Shown one piece after another: positions 38,201 to 52,111 of a DNA stretch of 64,000 nucleotides (position 1 is its first letter; each line of letters begins with the position of its first letter). The notes under the pieces are model-generated. The model searched no databases and was not told the origin of the DNA. It saw only the letters and a program-made list of their open reading frames with translations. The DNA is from Utricularia gibba (Eukaryota > Plantae > Magnoliophyta), in the NCBI GenBank assembly GCA_002189035.1, contig CM007992.1:2232001-2296000 (forward strand), written 5' to 3'. Both the position numbers and the translations under genes were made by a program.

Positions 38201-39693
38201 TAAAATGAGGCAAAGGTTTTTGTATCAGTTTACCTTGTGCACAGATACCACACTAAGTCTCACTACTCTTGGTAAGATGATGAGGCATATTTCTGATAGA
38301 GCCCTTTCATGACATGTTGCTAATGTCACGAAAATTTGCATGTCCAAAGACTTTATGACAATAATCAGGTGAGGTGGAATGAGCTATATAACACTGAACT
38401 AGTTGTCTCGGAGGCTGCAAAGACCATGGCAATGTGTATAAACCACCTTTTGCTTCTCCATATATCAAATAACCTGTTGAATCATGGATGGAACATGATG
38501 TACCACTAAACAGCACTTTATAATCTTTTTTGTTGAATTGAATAACACTCAGAAGATTGATCTCAAGCATCGGCACCCATAAAAATTCATCTATAAACCG
38601 CAAACCAAATGGTGTCATAACCTGAACCTTGCCTTTCCCACATGCTTCAATGACATTTCCATTTCCAATTTTGACACATGTGGTGTAGGTTGTGTCCAAT
38701 GAATGAAAAAATGCTCATTTACTTACCATATGTCAGGAGCAACCACAGTCTATCAGCCATGTATCAAAAGCTTGAGATTCTATAGAAAAATAGGCAAACA
38801 CGTATTCAGTTTTATGCAAAACATCCTGTTGTTCTTGTTGAGAGGCCATAGCCACAGCCATTGCAGCAGCCTGTCTTGCAACACCCTGTTTTTTCATGGG
38901 ACAAATCCTTTCAACATGGCCTAATTGTTTGCACAATTTGCAGATGGCATCTGGCCGTTTCTAGCAATATTTGCTCGAATGAGAATTCCATTGGCAATGA
39001 GAGCATGGAGGGAATTTATTTTTCTTGTCCTTGTTGAACTTTCGTGCCTTTTGTGATTGATGTGGTTCAAAACTATTTCCTGTTGCCTCAAAAACATGCT
39101 GTAAACGAAGAGCAGCCAAGGCCTTTTCTGTGTTATCACGAGCAAGCCGATTTTCAAGTGCTTGAAGCGAGCTCACAACCTTTCCAACTGTTAGGTTTCG
39201 ATAATCTTGCCCATTCTCAAGCACACTGACTTTTGGCTCAAAATGTGGTAGCAACAAATGCAATATTTTCTTGGCAACAGAGAACTCATCCTTTTGCATG
39301 CCCAGAACATGTAGCTGATTTACTACACGAGATACTCGATCTACAAACTATATGATGGTCTCAGAGGATTGCATGCAGAGGCTCTCGAGTTCTTGCTCAA
39401 TAGTGGTGATCTTTAGCTCCTTTGAAAGCTCGTCACCTTCAAATTCAAGCTTCAGCTTGGCCCAAATTTCCTTGGTAGTTGCACAAGTCATCACTCTAGG
39501 AGTAATTGATTGATCAAGGTTGGAGAAGATCACAACTTTAGCTGCTTCCTTCCGAGCCATCAACTCCTCATGGCATGCTTGTACTGGTGCTGAGTTTGCT
39601 TGTTCAGGGACAGGTGAATCGTGTTCCACCACATCCCATAGTTTGGTAGCACAAAGATAAGCCTTCATGTGTAGTGCCCACACATGGAAATTG
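35264..39693 (-). mobile_element. Ty1/copia retrotransposon (Ivana/Oryco-like) lacking its 5' LTR
   Basis: 3' LTR 35614-35264 (TGTTGGATC...CATAACA) and PPT AAGGGGGAG (~35616-35626). RNase H ISWSSKKQ..STAEAEY, RT WVFRIKTN / ALYGLKQAPRAW / YVDDTL, integrase TNNGGEF and protease WLIDCGCS. Gag NFHVWALHMKAYL and PPCSHC..C zinc knuckles. Many stops. Confidence 0.92.
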
Positions 39694-42600
39694 CAGAGAA
39701 GTTATAAAGGAAAAGGGAAATTGGCTGTTGAAGAATCATCCATAGAGCCACCCCAAATTGTTTACCAGAAAAAGAAACCGGGGAGAAAGGGCCAGAGGAA
39801 GCAGAAAGACACCACCACGAACACTGCAGTGGAAGAGGTGATCGAAAATGTGGAGAAGAACTTGGAATCAAGAGAAGAGATCGCACCAACAAGGGTTGAG
39901 GAAGTCCCAGAAGTTGCAGAGCAGGAAACTGTAGAAAAAGAGGCAGAATCTGGTGAGGCAGAACAGTTTCAGATAGGAAAGGAGAAACTGGATGAGAATG
40001 CCAGCGAGGAGGAGGAACAGGTACAAACAAAAAGAGAGAAATTTTTACCTGACCTTGCTCCACTATACTTGAGTTAAGGCAGGTTTGAAGAGGAAGAGAA
40101 AGGGAAATTACAGCAAAAAATGACTAGCAAAGGCATCCCATACTTCAAGCAACATGCAGAAACGCTCAACCTCAAGTACCTACGTTTCAATGAAGAAGAA
40201 TTCACAGCCAGGTACAATGAGGTAAAAGGGGCAAGGGTGCTGCCATGTCGGGTCATAGATTTCGAAATATTGGTAGAATTGGGTGGGTATAGTTACATAA
40301 GTTCACTCAATTTTAGAGGATTCTGCACTGCTTGTTTTATGTGATTTGAACCATCCTTCTTATGTTGAATTTCTGAGTTGGAATTTTTGCACGTAGAAAC
40401 AAAGGTAGCCTCGCTTGATGCTCATTTTCTTAAAATTGCTGGACTAATTCGTGCACGAGAAAGTGGATTTGTTTTCAAGTCTCTTGCAGGACTTTGTGGG
40501 GAGGTATCTCCAGTGAAGGAAAAAGGAAAAACCCCTGATCAGACAGCCATGACTCAAAGGAATGAGAAAGTTTGCTGCTGCACTGAAAGGATTGACATGA
40601 TATATGACAGGCTCGGGAATTTGCTAAAGGAAGTGAAGGAACTAAAACAGGGAGTGCAAGACTCCTCCCTGACCAAGTAACATTGCTGCATTGCCTTAGT
40701 TTTATTTTTATTTTTATTTTTATTTTTTATGGCATTAGTCTAAGTTAGGAGTAATTTAGTAGTACGACGTTATGGTCAGGAGGATTTTGTGAATGGTTGA
40801 GGGATTCCCTTACAAGCATGGGATGTTTTTCATGATGCACGAAATGCATGAATTTTGTTATGACCATTTTATGAACCAGTGAGCACGTTTTCCCTTTGAT
40901 TATTTTTGTGAGATAGCAACATGTTCAATGTAGTCAGATTGGTGCATTTAGTAGATTGGCATGTGTTGATTTTTCATGGGGGACTGGTTGTCACGAAATC
41001 TGTAGATAGCAAAAACAAATGGATCTAAAAAAGCATCATCAACAGAAAAGCGATGAGACCCACGTCTTGAAAAGCAACACACAACAAAAGAGCGTTTATA
41101 GACGACAGAGTAAAGAGCACAGGGGGGTTATGAGAACAACTCAGAGAAGTAGAAGGGACCCCTGGAGGAATAAGGAGGAGCGTGCATAGCCCACACTCAC
41201 AAACAAAGAGGGGAAGCAACAGTATACCTGAGTTGAACTCTAAATTCTCCCTGGTCTCGATCTCTGTAGAAAGAAAAAAAAAGAGAATGAAAAGAAAAAA
41301 AAAAGAAGAAGAAAAGAAAAAAATATAGCAGTGACAATCAACATTCTTTGGAGGTAAGCACATGCTATTTTCGCTCATTTAATCTTCGAATGCACCTTTC
41401 AGGATAAAATTGTCATGTATGCTCGAGTGACACCCTCGCATGCACACTGGCACCCCTGCAATTCATGCGTTCTTAGTTGAATGATAAGCATCCACATCAC
41501 TCTGTAGGAGATTCATCAACTATTTACCTCTTATTAGTCTTAGTTAAAACTTGAAGACAAGTCTAGTGTCGTTGTAGCATAATGTGATAACACATATTTT
41601 TGAGTGACTCAATGCATGGAATTTACTCATGTTGTGCTACAAAAATTATGCTTTATTGCCTAGTTTTATATTTTTGCGCATAAGTACCGTAGTAGTGTCA
41701 ATTTAATCTTACTTAGGACTAAATCTGCGATTTAGTCTCAACCTTCTAATAGTTTTATTTGAGTAATGCAGTGCAGGTCGTAACACAAATCCCAAGGAGC
41801 CGAATATGCACAGTGTAGTGGCATAAGATGAGTCCAAAAGTCTGCAAATTGGTACACACAAAATCCAAGGAGGGAAAAAGGGAGATTTTGGACAAAAGGA
41901 GGGAAAGTTGGAGAGAGAAGGCAGATCTCCCCTTGGAGACTCATGAACAAGTTTCTGGAGATTTTTCTGGAGAAAGAAGTAGGAGGGGACGACGAACCAG
42001 AAGAACACAGCTTCTCTTGAGAAATTATTTTCGTTCTTCATGTTTACTGTTCCTAGCTAAGACTAGATTTGGATTTTCTATGTTAATGAAGTGTCTGTCC
42101 TACTTTTACTTCATATTGCTCGTTGTTGTTTAGCATTTGTAGCCAGGATGTTACTTAGTATCTGCTATGAAAATGTTTTACTTTTCATTGTCATGAGTAG
42201 CTAAGCACTTAGAGGGGGTGCCTTGAGGTGAAGAGGGGAGAAATATGCTAATCAATCCTTATACCTAATAAACCATAAGTCACACTACTTCCTTAACAAA
42301 TCAAGATAGATTCAGGAGGGGGAGGTAGTGAAACCCAACTTAACAACCCTAATTAGAAGTAGACCAAAGATTAGGGGGAAAAACAAGAATTCGGGTAGAC
42401 CTAGATCTTGTGAGTTAGTTGTATGATTTGTGGTTTGTGTGAACTTGTTTAGTGATAAGCATACATTCCCTAGGATTCCCAAGGCATCACCCATTCCATT
42501 CTAGAAACAACCGAACTCCAGAACTTATTACCTTTTTTTACTGTATTTCGTTTTAGTTCTGCCTTAGTCCTAGCTAAGACCAATTTTACTAACGTGACAC

Positions 42601-42762
42601 TGATTTCATGCATTAACTTTCACATAGCAAGCACTTGTCTTCGTGTTCGACCCTAATCACTATGCTCATAATTGTTTTATGCTTGAATGTATATTAGGTT
42701 ATAAATTTATTTGATAGGAGAAATTTGCAATTTAACGACATTGCGTAATTTTTTGTTTATCA
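39694..42762 (+). mobile_element. Athila 3' remnant: env-like ORF fragments, 3' non-coding region and a complete LTR (41585-42762)
   Basis: Acidic/basic ORF 39667-40077 and RVLPCRVIDFEIL..LG (40120-40344) resemble the Athila extra ORF, and a coiled-coil end is at 40378-40680. CTTGAAGACAAG precedes an LTR of 1178 bp, TGATAAC...TTTATCA. Confidence 0.72.
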
Positions 42763-43329
42763 ATCTTGTATGTCATTTAGTGTTGCCATGTTTTTGAGCC
42801 ATGTGTCTTTCTCCAACCATGTACTTAAATACAATTAAACTCAATGAAAATAATTACACTAATATAAAAAATATATATATTTCATACTTAATATTTCTAA
42901 TTGGGTAACTCCAATCATATTTAAATATAGAAAATAACATGAAATATAATAGTAAAACTACACTTAAAATTTACCAAATGTTAGTAAAGTATTTATTGGA
43001 ATAGATGAGAAATGTGACAATTTGAAGAACAGCTCGGTTAATTTTTTACAACATTTAATGTGTTTCTTTGATGGAACTTTATGTGAAGAGAATAAAAATT
43101 GATTGTGACATTGCACGCTTGGGCACATTTCGGATTCATAATCTACATATATGAATGCTGATTGTGGATTAAATGGTAACCTTTGCTTAAGTTTATCAAA
43201 AACATATCATAGCTTATATCTCAAAAAGTAGAAGAGTTTATTTCCTTTCGTTTTAGTGGTAGAAATTTTTGCATGTCTACTAATGATTTTAATGTGGCAT
43301 TATGTTTTGTTTATAAATCTCATTTAGCC

Positions 43330-43810
43330 ATGTTTTTCTCTAGCAATGATGAAAAAGCTTCTAATAAATCTTGGAAGGTGGATTGCTATTTAAATACATT
43401 CCATCACTGCGAAGAATGAACATGTGCTTTCGTTTGCTTCTCTCATCACCAAACTCATCTAGTATCTCAACGTGAATCTGAGCAAACACACCTCTATCAC
43501 TTTTATTATCAAGATTTAGATGATCTCTTCTCTTGTAGCCACCTGAAGGGAGTAGATGGGAAAGCTGTTTTGTGCAAGTAGGTATCAAATGTGCCATCAC
43601 TTCCATGCCTCCAACAATTGTCAACCCCTAGAGTGTGGCTATACTCTTCTCCTTGCTATACAAAGCCTTCAAGAACAAGTTTCTTCAGTCTCCAACAAGT
43701 TGCGCTCTTTTATCACACCATCTCACACTCTGGACTGCCCCATAATTTAGGTAACCTCTACTGTATTTGATGATGAGAACATCCTCAAGATTAAGTGTGG
43801 GGAGGAGTTT
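43330..43810 (+). mobile_element. Degenerate end of an Athila-like env region
   Basis: Coiled-coil-like LLAIQSLQEQVSSVSNKL followed by the Athila-typical ATTAAGTGTGGGGAGG. Confidence 0.4.
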
Positions 43811-44617
43811 GTGTTTATTTTTATTTTCAGTATGTGTTTTCTGGGCATTAAAACTTTTGTGTTGTTAATTTGTCATTAATTTGTATTTATGCATCATTTT
43901 TCTTTTTGGATTGTGAAACCATCATCATTATGCTTCTCAAGTACATTTGCTACCATGACTAAGATTAGGACCTTAAGATTGATCATGTTTAGGTTTTTAC
44001 ATTCTTGCTGCTAAGATAATATTCAAATTCTTTTTTCATCTAGATATCAAGCTCTTATTGTATACTTTAGAAAAGATACATACCATGATTTATTTAGAAA
44101 TAAATGAGTGTAATACAATATATAAATTCTGCATTCTGATCCCTCTTCTTGTCACGGAACCTAGCAACATTTTAGATTTAACAACTAAGTAAATAATGAA
44201 TAAATGTTTAACCTAGTTACATTCTAACTGACTGGTGCACACAACACTGGAATTTCTTTAATTCAAGAGTTGATTTCTTTGGTTTCTTGCAAGCATATAT
44301 CATTTCCACAAATCTAATGCTGACAACAACAAAAATCATAAGTTTTAGGTTTACAAGACAATATACAATACGCATTCTAATGTTACTCAATTAAAAGACT
44401 GCATTTTTTTCACCAATACATAATATAAAGAAAGAAATATAAATTACATTCATCAGTATGGATGTCCACATATTCAATAAGCCCCACATGGCTAAGTAGA
44501 AGTGTTGCCTTTGTTCTTATGTAGCTTTCCAAATTTATCAGCATAGATGTCCACATATGCAAAAAGTTGCCATGAACGACCACTAATAGACTAACAACTC
44601 ATATTTTACATGGACAA

Positions 44618-45862
44618 TGTTGCGTGTCGTTTCCTCAACAAAGTTTAATTTCAAAAAAACGTAAAATACAAAAGAGCATAGGATAAGTGTGGATTTCAGG
44701 GAGTTGAGTTTTGCGAAAGGTGTTTTGTAGAAAACTTTTACATATTATCATGGGTTTGTAAAATGAGGTTTTTAAAATATAGAAATAAAAGATACAACGT
44801 AAGTAATGAACCTTAATTAAGGGATGTAGTTCTTGGGAAATGGATTTCATTTCCTTCTTTTGTCTATTCTCGCCTCGGCTTTCACTAATTCCTTTCGAAT
44901 AGTTGGTTATAGGAGCAAGAAATAGTCTACTGTCCCTTACATTCTTATTGATAAGGAGGCACAAGAATAACCTCATGTGATTTCCTCTTGGACGATTGAG
45001 AATACAAGAAGATTGTCGTCGATTGCCTTCAAAACCGAATTCTGTGCGTATGCCTAGCTGTTGCCAATGACCAATGATGAATACGAAATCACTATCCATC
45101 CACTATCGTGGTACCTCAATCACAAACAATTTACTATCTCACTCGAATCGGTAGGGTTGGAGATGGTGCTCTTCACCTTCCTCTTCATCAAAATCCGTGA
45201 GGAGTAGATTGCTACTCATACACCATGACTTGAAGACATTACATAAAGAATGCAACAAGACACATGGAAATATGCAAAATCCGGAAGAATTTCAATAAAG
45301 TATCGAGATTAATGCTCAAGACGTGAAAGGAAACTTCATTTATTCCCAAAAACGAAAAGGGTTTAGCTATGAATGGCCATAAAAACATAAAACAAAAATA
45401 AAAAGCTAATGTGTTCTTCCTCCCTTGGTGGAGAGAAAGAACCAAAAGTTCTAAGTGCAAAAACAAAGTGCGAAAATAGATTCGAAAGATTGTCCCCAAA
45501 TTGTTTCAAATTGGTTTTAATTCACTCCCCACTGCATTAACTTCCTCTGTTCTCTTTCCATCATTCTTTCTGTCTTGCATACGCCACTAGTTTTCCCATG
45601 CATGCAAGTAAGCTCCTACTCATTGCTACAGACTCTAACATGCCGTAAGTCAGGGGTTCTAACTAGTGTCAGTCTTCTGCCTACAATTGACCCAAATTGT
45701 GTGAAAGACATGAAAAAAGATAACAAAATATATAAAAAATACAAACATAAGAATTTTCTAATAAAATGAAATACCTACCAATATAAATTCTAAATTGCGC
45801 GATTTAATACTTAATTAACACATAATAATTTATAATAAACAATTAAAAAATGATACTTAAAA
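44618..45862 (-). mobile_element. Athila-family LTR (~1.25 kb), solo or orphan
   Basis: The left end TGTTGCGTGTCGTTTCC matches 26373 (TGATGCGTGTCGTTTCC). An internal GGTCATTGGCAACA block is shared with 31037-31060. The right part is homologous to 34475-35230. No TSD match. Confidence 0.8.
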
Positions 45863-46327
45863 ATTAGTATTCCTATTTATTCTTTTTTTTTCATGTATTG
45901 AATCTATGTGGCTCCTTATATATATATTAGGGGTGCCAAGTATAGTTGTTGATGAAACTGTGGTTAACTATGTCATATAAGATTTTGTAATTCAAACAAT
46001 CTTTTCCAAAATAGGGGTTCCCTTAAAAAAAATAGAAAAAAAGAAAAAAAAAAAAGAAAAGAAGGTATTTTGTAACTATAATATATATTTCTTGTTATTT
46101 ACCTTCATGATGTGACTGTGCTAAGGAGTCACTAGTCTAATCTTTATTTGATGCATACTTATTTGAGTGGCTAGTCTTAATTTGATTAAAGTATAGGTTT
46201 AAAAAATGGAGTACATCATTGCGATAGAATGAAGGTACCATAGTGATGCAACTTAGGTTCTGCTTCTATCGTAGATTGTTATGATTTTTATTTTTGAGGA
46301 CAACGATAATTGAAGTGTAGAGAAATA

Positions 46328-47310
46328 TATTAAGTATCATTTTCTATATGTTTATTAAGTATTATTAGATGTTAATTTAGAATTAAAGAAGATGAGTAGA
46401 AGACTTAAATGCATTTGAGGATGTAAGTTAAAAGGAACTTCGAACTCATTTTATCAACATTTCTTTTTTTCACACTAAAACTTGTAGAAATTTTGTTCTT
46501 CCTCTCCACCATAGAGAGGAAGAAGACTTTTAATTTCCATTTTTTGTTTCTGTTTTTTATATTCATTAGTGGCTAAATGTTTCTAGTTTCTAGAAGCTAA
46601 TAAATTTCCTTCAATGTCTTGAGCATAACTCTTGGTTATTCATTGATTCTCTTCCACATTTTGCATATTTTTATATATAATATTATAGTCTTTTTGTAAC
46701 ATCACTTAATCATGATCTATGATCAACTAACCACTTCTTGTGAATTTTGATATAGAATAAGATGAAGAGCATCATCTATGACCCCATTGTTTCATGGTAG
46801 ATATCAAACTGTATGTGATTGGGATATTTCATTAATGGGCAAGTAGTGACCTTGTACTTGGATCATTGGTCATTGACAACACTCGGACACATGTGCAGAA
46901 TTGGGTCTTAAGAATAATCGATGGCGATCCTTTTTTTCTTTCAATTGTCGATGAGAAGACAACATGAGGCTATTTCCAGGCCTCATTGTAAAAGAGTGCA
47001 TTAGAGAGTAGGTTATTTCTTGCTTTTATAATCGATTATTCGGATGAAACCAATAAAAGCCAAAGTAATAGGAGACAAAGACAAAAATGAATTCTCTTTT
47101 CCCAGGAACTAATTTTGTTAATTAAGATCCATTACTTATGTTTCCTTTAGTGTTTCAATGTTTTAAACTCTTACAAACTTGTGACAATTTGTAATAGGTT
47201 AACACAAAACACTTTTAACAAAACTCAATTCATTGAGATCAACACTCATATTATGTTTAATTTAGCTTTACCTTTTTATAATTAAAATTTATTGAAATAA
47301 CAACCTGCAG
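46328..47310 (+). mobile_element. Older Athila-family LTR, preceded by a PPT-like region
   Basis: GAGGACAAC...AAGTGTAGAGAAA precedes TATTAAGTATCATTTTCTA. It shares GGTCATTGACAACACTCGGACAC and CAAAACTCAA blocks with the other copies. Confidence 0.7.
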
Positions 47311-48099
47311 TAGTTGGCTATTTCTTTTCTTTTCTTTGATGAAGATGTGCCATCAATTTTTCATTGTTATCCATTACAAAATATAAAAGAACCATATAAT
47401 CCATATCTACAATTGTTATTATAAAATTATATCTAACATATCCATCAACATAATTAAATTCATAAAATAAAAATAAATAAATTAACGATAGCACCTTAGC
47501 AACCAATGTCATCATCAATTCACCCTAGGTTCAAAAATAATCTAATATGTCTTAATAAAAAATAATATTTACCAACAGATTCAATATTCAAAAACAGCTC
47601 ATAGCTAATCACTCCAAGAAGATGATGATTAAATAATTTATATTACCTTCAACTAAAATAAATATTTATTGAGGAAGAAGAGAAACTGCTAGCGTAACCC
47701 TTTAAATGATTCATAAAAGGGAGACACCCATGTGCATTGAGGCTTTAAGAATTGAACTCTTCATGGTTTCGCACCCGATTACCATTTTAAAGAAATGCAA
47801 TAAATGAAAAATGAAAAAAAAAAACTCTAATTGTTAGTTTTTTAGGGTTTGTGAGAATGAACAGATCTAGTGATGGGATTTAATTTATAAGACCACCACT
47901 CGACTCAAATTTGTTAAATTTTATTTTATAAAACCTATTTTCGTTTTTTGGGTTTTTTTCAACCATTCAAAGTGGGTTCACTGGCACGGCTAGTGGGCAG
48001 GTCAGCTGGGGGTTCAATTTATGTCAAATGATGAAGAGCACAATACGGATACGTGTAACAAAGTATTTAGGCTTAGAAATGATGATTAGCTTTCGCCTG

Positions 48100-48720
48100 A
48101 TATTCCAATGAGTATAAGGTATGATATCTTAGAGCATCTTATCATGGATGAATTTCAAGAGATTAATGGTAATCAGTTTCATGAGCTGCCTAATACTGAA
48201 GACTTTCATGAATAAGCTCTTTATGAAATTAGGAATATCTACATGGTGGCTAAAAGATTGACATATTTGCCAGGTTGATATGCGCGGTTCGAAAGAGCTT
48301 TTATTAATCATGGAACCTCGGATATCTAGACAAGCACACAAATTCCAATATTGGTGCAATGCTATGTCATAGGATAAGAGCTTTTGAATGCAATGGAACA
48401 TGGGAGGTCATGCCTTTATCATAAGAAATACGTGTTATTGGTTTAACTGAATATATAAAATTGAGAGTATAGATTATAATTAAAGCTACATCCATTAGGA
48501 TATTATTGGCTGTAACAGCCAAGCTTCATTGTGTATACATTAAAAATGCAGTTCTTTATGGTTTACAAAATAAAAAATTTAAATCAACTCCTGGAAAGGA
48601 TATCCTTTCAAAGAGAAGGATATATGCTTAGTTAAAAAATCTGTATATGATTTAAAGCAAACTTCTAGATAATGGAATGTTGAGATCACTTAATGCCTGT
48701 TAAACTTAAAATTCACTTAA
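48100..48720 (+). mobile_element. Highly degenerate copia RT fragment
   Basis: WCNAMS..IRAFECNGTWE, IKNAVLYG and LKKSVYDLKQTSR*WN. Confidence 0.65.
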
Positions 48721-48933
48721 TGTACTTAATATTGAGCCTACACTTTATGTTTTCCGTTTCTCTTTCTTTTTAACAACCCATTTCCTCATACTAGTTTTGC
48801 GAAGTAACTAATACTTGGACTGAGGATTGAAACAGTTTAGAATTATTATTAATGGTTATTGTTAGTCTTTTTGTGAGTTTGTAAGAGTCTAAATCAGGTT
48901 CTTATTTTTCTTATGCACAATCGAAGTCTAGCA

Positions 48934-51900
48934 TAGGAATGGGAGTGAGGCAGGTTTGTGGTGGTTTTTATCAAACCTGTAGCCGTCTGACCTTTTTTAA
49001 ATCCAAATCTAAATCCTCTCATCCCCTCCTTTGAGGTTTTAATTTTTAAATTCATACCCAATCCATCGGGTAATTCATCCATTATGGGTATCCATCACAT
49101 TACTTTTTACATTAAAATAAAAATGAAAGTAAACGATTTTATGATCCAATGGAACTATTATTATCCCTCTTCGAAATCACATAAGATCAAATAATTAATA
49201 CATCAAAAGATTGGATAGAAAGAGTTCATTCATAAAGATTTAGAGTTAATGCAAAAAATATATATATTTCTTGTTCTTCTTCTTCGGACTCAACAATCTC
49301 TTGGTCACCTTCTTCATCTTTCAGAAATATTACAAATGGAGTTAATGTAGTAATAAATTTAGAAATTAAGTGATACAATCATAATTATTCAATAAAAAAT
49401 AAATATTGACAATAAATAGTTTATTATCTTTTTCATTGGATATCCAGTTTCTTAAACAAACTAAAGACTCAACAAAATATGAATGCAATCAGCTCTGATG
49501 TGGATTAATGATTTGACCTCCTATGCTAAAAACTAATTCATAAACCATTGACATAATAGGGATAGTTAATATCTCTTGCTTTTTTTTTTTTTTTGTTTTT
49601 TGCAGAGTTGGAGATTTCACTACATTTATTTTCTACCAATCCAATATAAGAAAATTTTCAGATAGTGGCATAACATCATCATTCAAGTTAGACTTGCAGC
49701 TCTTTTTAAAGTTAACAAAGTTAGCATAAGATTACATATATAAACCAACACTAAAAACTAGATCCTAAAGTTGATAGAAACCTTTCCTTGTATCCTTTTA
49801 TCTTTGATATTCCAACAACATTATTGAAGAAATGTTCACAATTTTCTCAACATGACTATGTCATAAAACTTTCCATAATAAAATTTCAAAAAATATTATT
49901 TATATCTAGGATCCAACAAGCAAACAACCCTCACAATACCATGAATCATATTCCAATATTTCATATGCTTATCAAACATCTTAATTGTCATATCTCTTGT
50001 CAACACATCGGGATCATTAATATATATGTTTTAAGGCCAATCTGATTTCGCATAATTGGAGAAAAAATAAATTTGCAATAGGATAACATGTCCATATAAA
50101 AATTTATTAAATATTAAATCTAAAAATCATGAGTATATAAAATTTTAAAAATAATTTTAACAAGATATAAGTAGCTGAATAAATTCATACCAAATCCATT
50201 GGGTAATCCATCCACTATGGGTATCCATCACACTACTTTTTATATTAAAATAAAAATGAAAGTAAACGATTTTGCGATCCAATGAAAATAAAAATAGAAA
50301 AAGATAATTTCTCCTTTCTATTTAGTGTTGATGGCCAATATGTTACACTTTTATGGATTTTTTTCAATTTTTTTCCCAATAACAGTCATATCATCTTCAA
50401 CAATGAGATTTAATATATGAGTCGCACATTACATATAGACATAATTATCATCTAGCAACAATGCACCACTACCAAGTTGATTTACTACTAATTCCATGAC
50501 CACAAAATTCACTAAACTATTCTCCAAAGCAAATATTTCTATCAACATTTCAATCCATCAAAGATTGAAATAAATATTGTGATATGATTTCTTTATTATG
50601 AGGGCTGGCACATAACAAAATCTATAATATGAAAAGATAAAATACAATGAAAATATGTTAATAAAAATTATAATATAATAAATTAGTATACCTTAAACTT
50701 TTATTTTATTGCATCCAATTATCATCAATGTAGTGTACTATTACTACCATATATCCTTTAATCATTTGTTGTCCTCGTATCAGTAGTAATAGAAATTCTA
50801 TCTTCACATACTTCTAAAATATTCATAACATCAACTCTTGTACTCTATATGTTCTGAATATCTCTACGAAGAGTTCTCTGACTTGGCATCTTAAATGAAA
50901 GTTATAAAATTGCTACAAAATTTCTGAACCCTTTATAGTCAACCATAGGAAGTGAATACTCATGCAAAATAATCATTTTAACTAGCTCTTTTCAAGAAAT
51001 TTCCTGATAAAACATAGAAGAAGTCACCATGTTTTACAATCTGTTTTTCTTTGTTTTACTTTAAGCATTACTTGATGAATATTTGATTGATTGCCATGCT
51101 TTTTACACTTTTGAGAATGTTGCTTCAAGTGTAAAGTCCTACTCTTTGGTTCTAAAATAAGTTCTGATAAGCAATAATTGCATATTGCCTTCCACTTTCC
51201 ATCAATTTGTGTCTTTCCAAGATGCTACAAAACCTTAGATGTCAATCATTCTACTCTATCTTTTGATTATTTGTTGAAGGAGTGTTAGATTTTGCTATAT
51301 TTTTAGGGCACTGAATATTTAGATAATGATAGAATTTTCTTCATCTAAAGCCGTATCACTGAAAGTAGAAGCAACATAATGAGCACAAGTAGAGATTGAG
51401 AAAAGAAATTTTATTTTCTTTGATTTGACAAAAAATTATTAAATTAATACAAAAATATAAAGAACCACGAACCATTAAAAGCAAGCTCATTTCATATTCC
51501 AATGATTATAGATTTGAGTCTTTTAATAGATAGATTTAATGACCTAACCCACCAAAAGCAAGTAAGAAAACTATCATCATAGCCTATGAAACCTCATTCG
51601 CAAGCAAGGAACAGGTAAGGAGGTGGAAAATTGAAAAAGTAAAATATACACACTATGAAGGTTTGTGAAAGCCAAGTTCTTCAGTCTCCATAATCCTTAA
51701 CCTACCAATATGCATCACAAGCTCTCTTCAACTTAGCCTCTATTTTAGAGCATCATCTCCTTTTTAGAGAAAAGAAAATTGGAAGCTAAAATGCAAGGAA
51801 AAATAGAAGGGAAAATATAGCGATAGAAAGAGATATGAACTTTTATTAGAGTTGTTTATCATGTGATCTCCATGTTATGTCCTTTTCAATCTACACAAAT

Positions 51901-52111
51901 TCATTACAATAATTTTTTAAAAAAACATATTTGTGGATCGAGTATATGGGGAAAGCATGTATTATTTTTTCTAAAAATCTATTCCCACCCCCACATGGAT
52001 TCAAGATCTTAAAATCCATATCCCTCCCCTCCTCCCCCTTATCCACTAAAAATCTCTCACGGGTTGGTTAGGGATGGGTATGCAATGAGTTGGACTTTTT
52101 ACCCATTCCTA
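48934..52111 (-). mobile_element. hAT (Ac / Ricesleeper-like) DNA transposon, decayed
   Basis: TIRs TAGGAATGGG (48934) and CCCATTCCTA (52111). The 8-bp flanks GTCTAGCA / GTCTAATA match at 6 of 8 positions. Minus-strand BED finger (KAICNYC...LHLKQHSQKC, ~51200), ELVKMIILHEY, RISITTD, RCATHILNLIV, LLDPRYK and dimerisation-like FSIGGQIINPHQS..VESLVCLRNW. Confidence 0.9.

Noticed and set aside
34470-42767. The same pentamer ATCTT flanks the LTR start at 34475 and the LTR end at 42762, resembling a TSD around an 8.3-kb element
   Set aside because: The two LTRs do not align and appear to be different Athila families, whereas one insertion yields identical LTRs. Most likely a chance 5-mer match.
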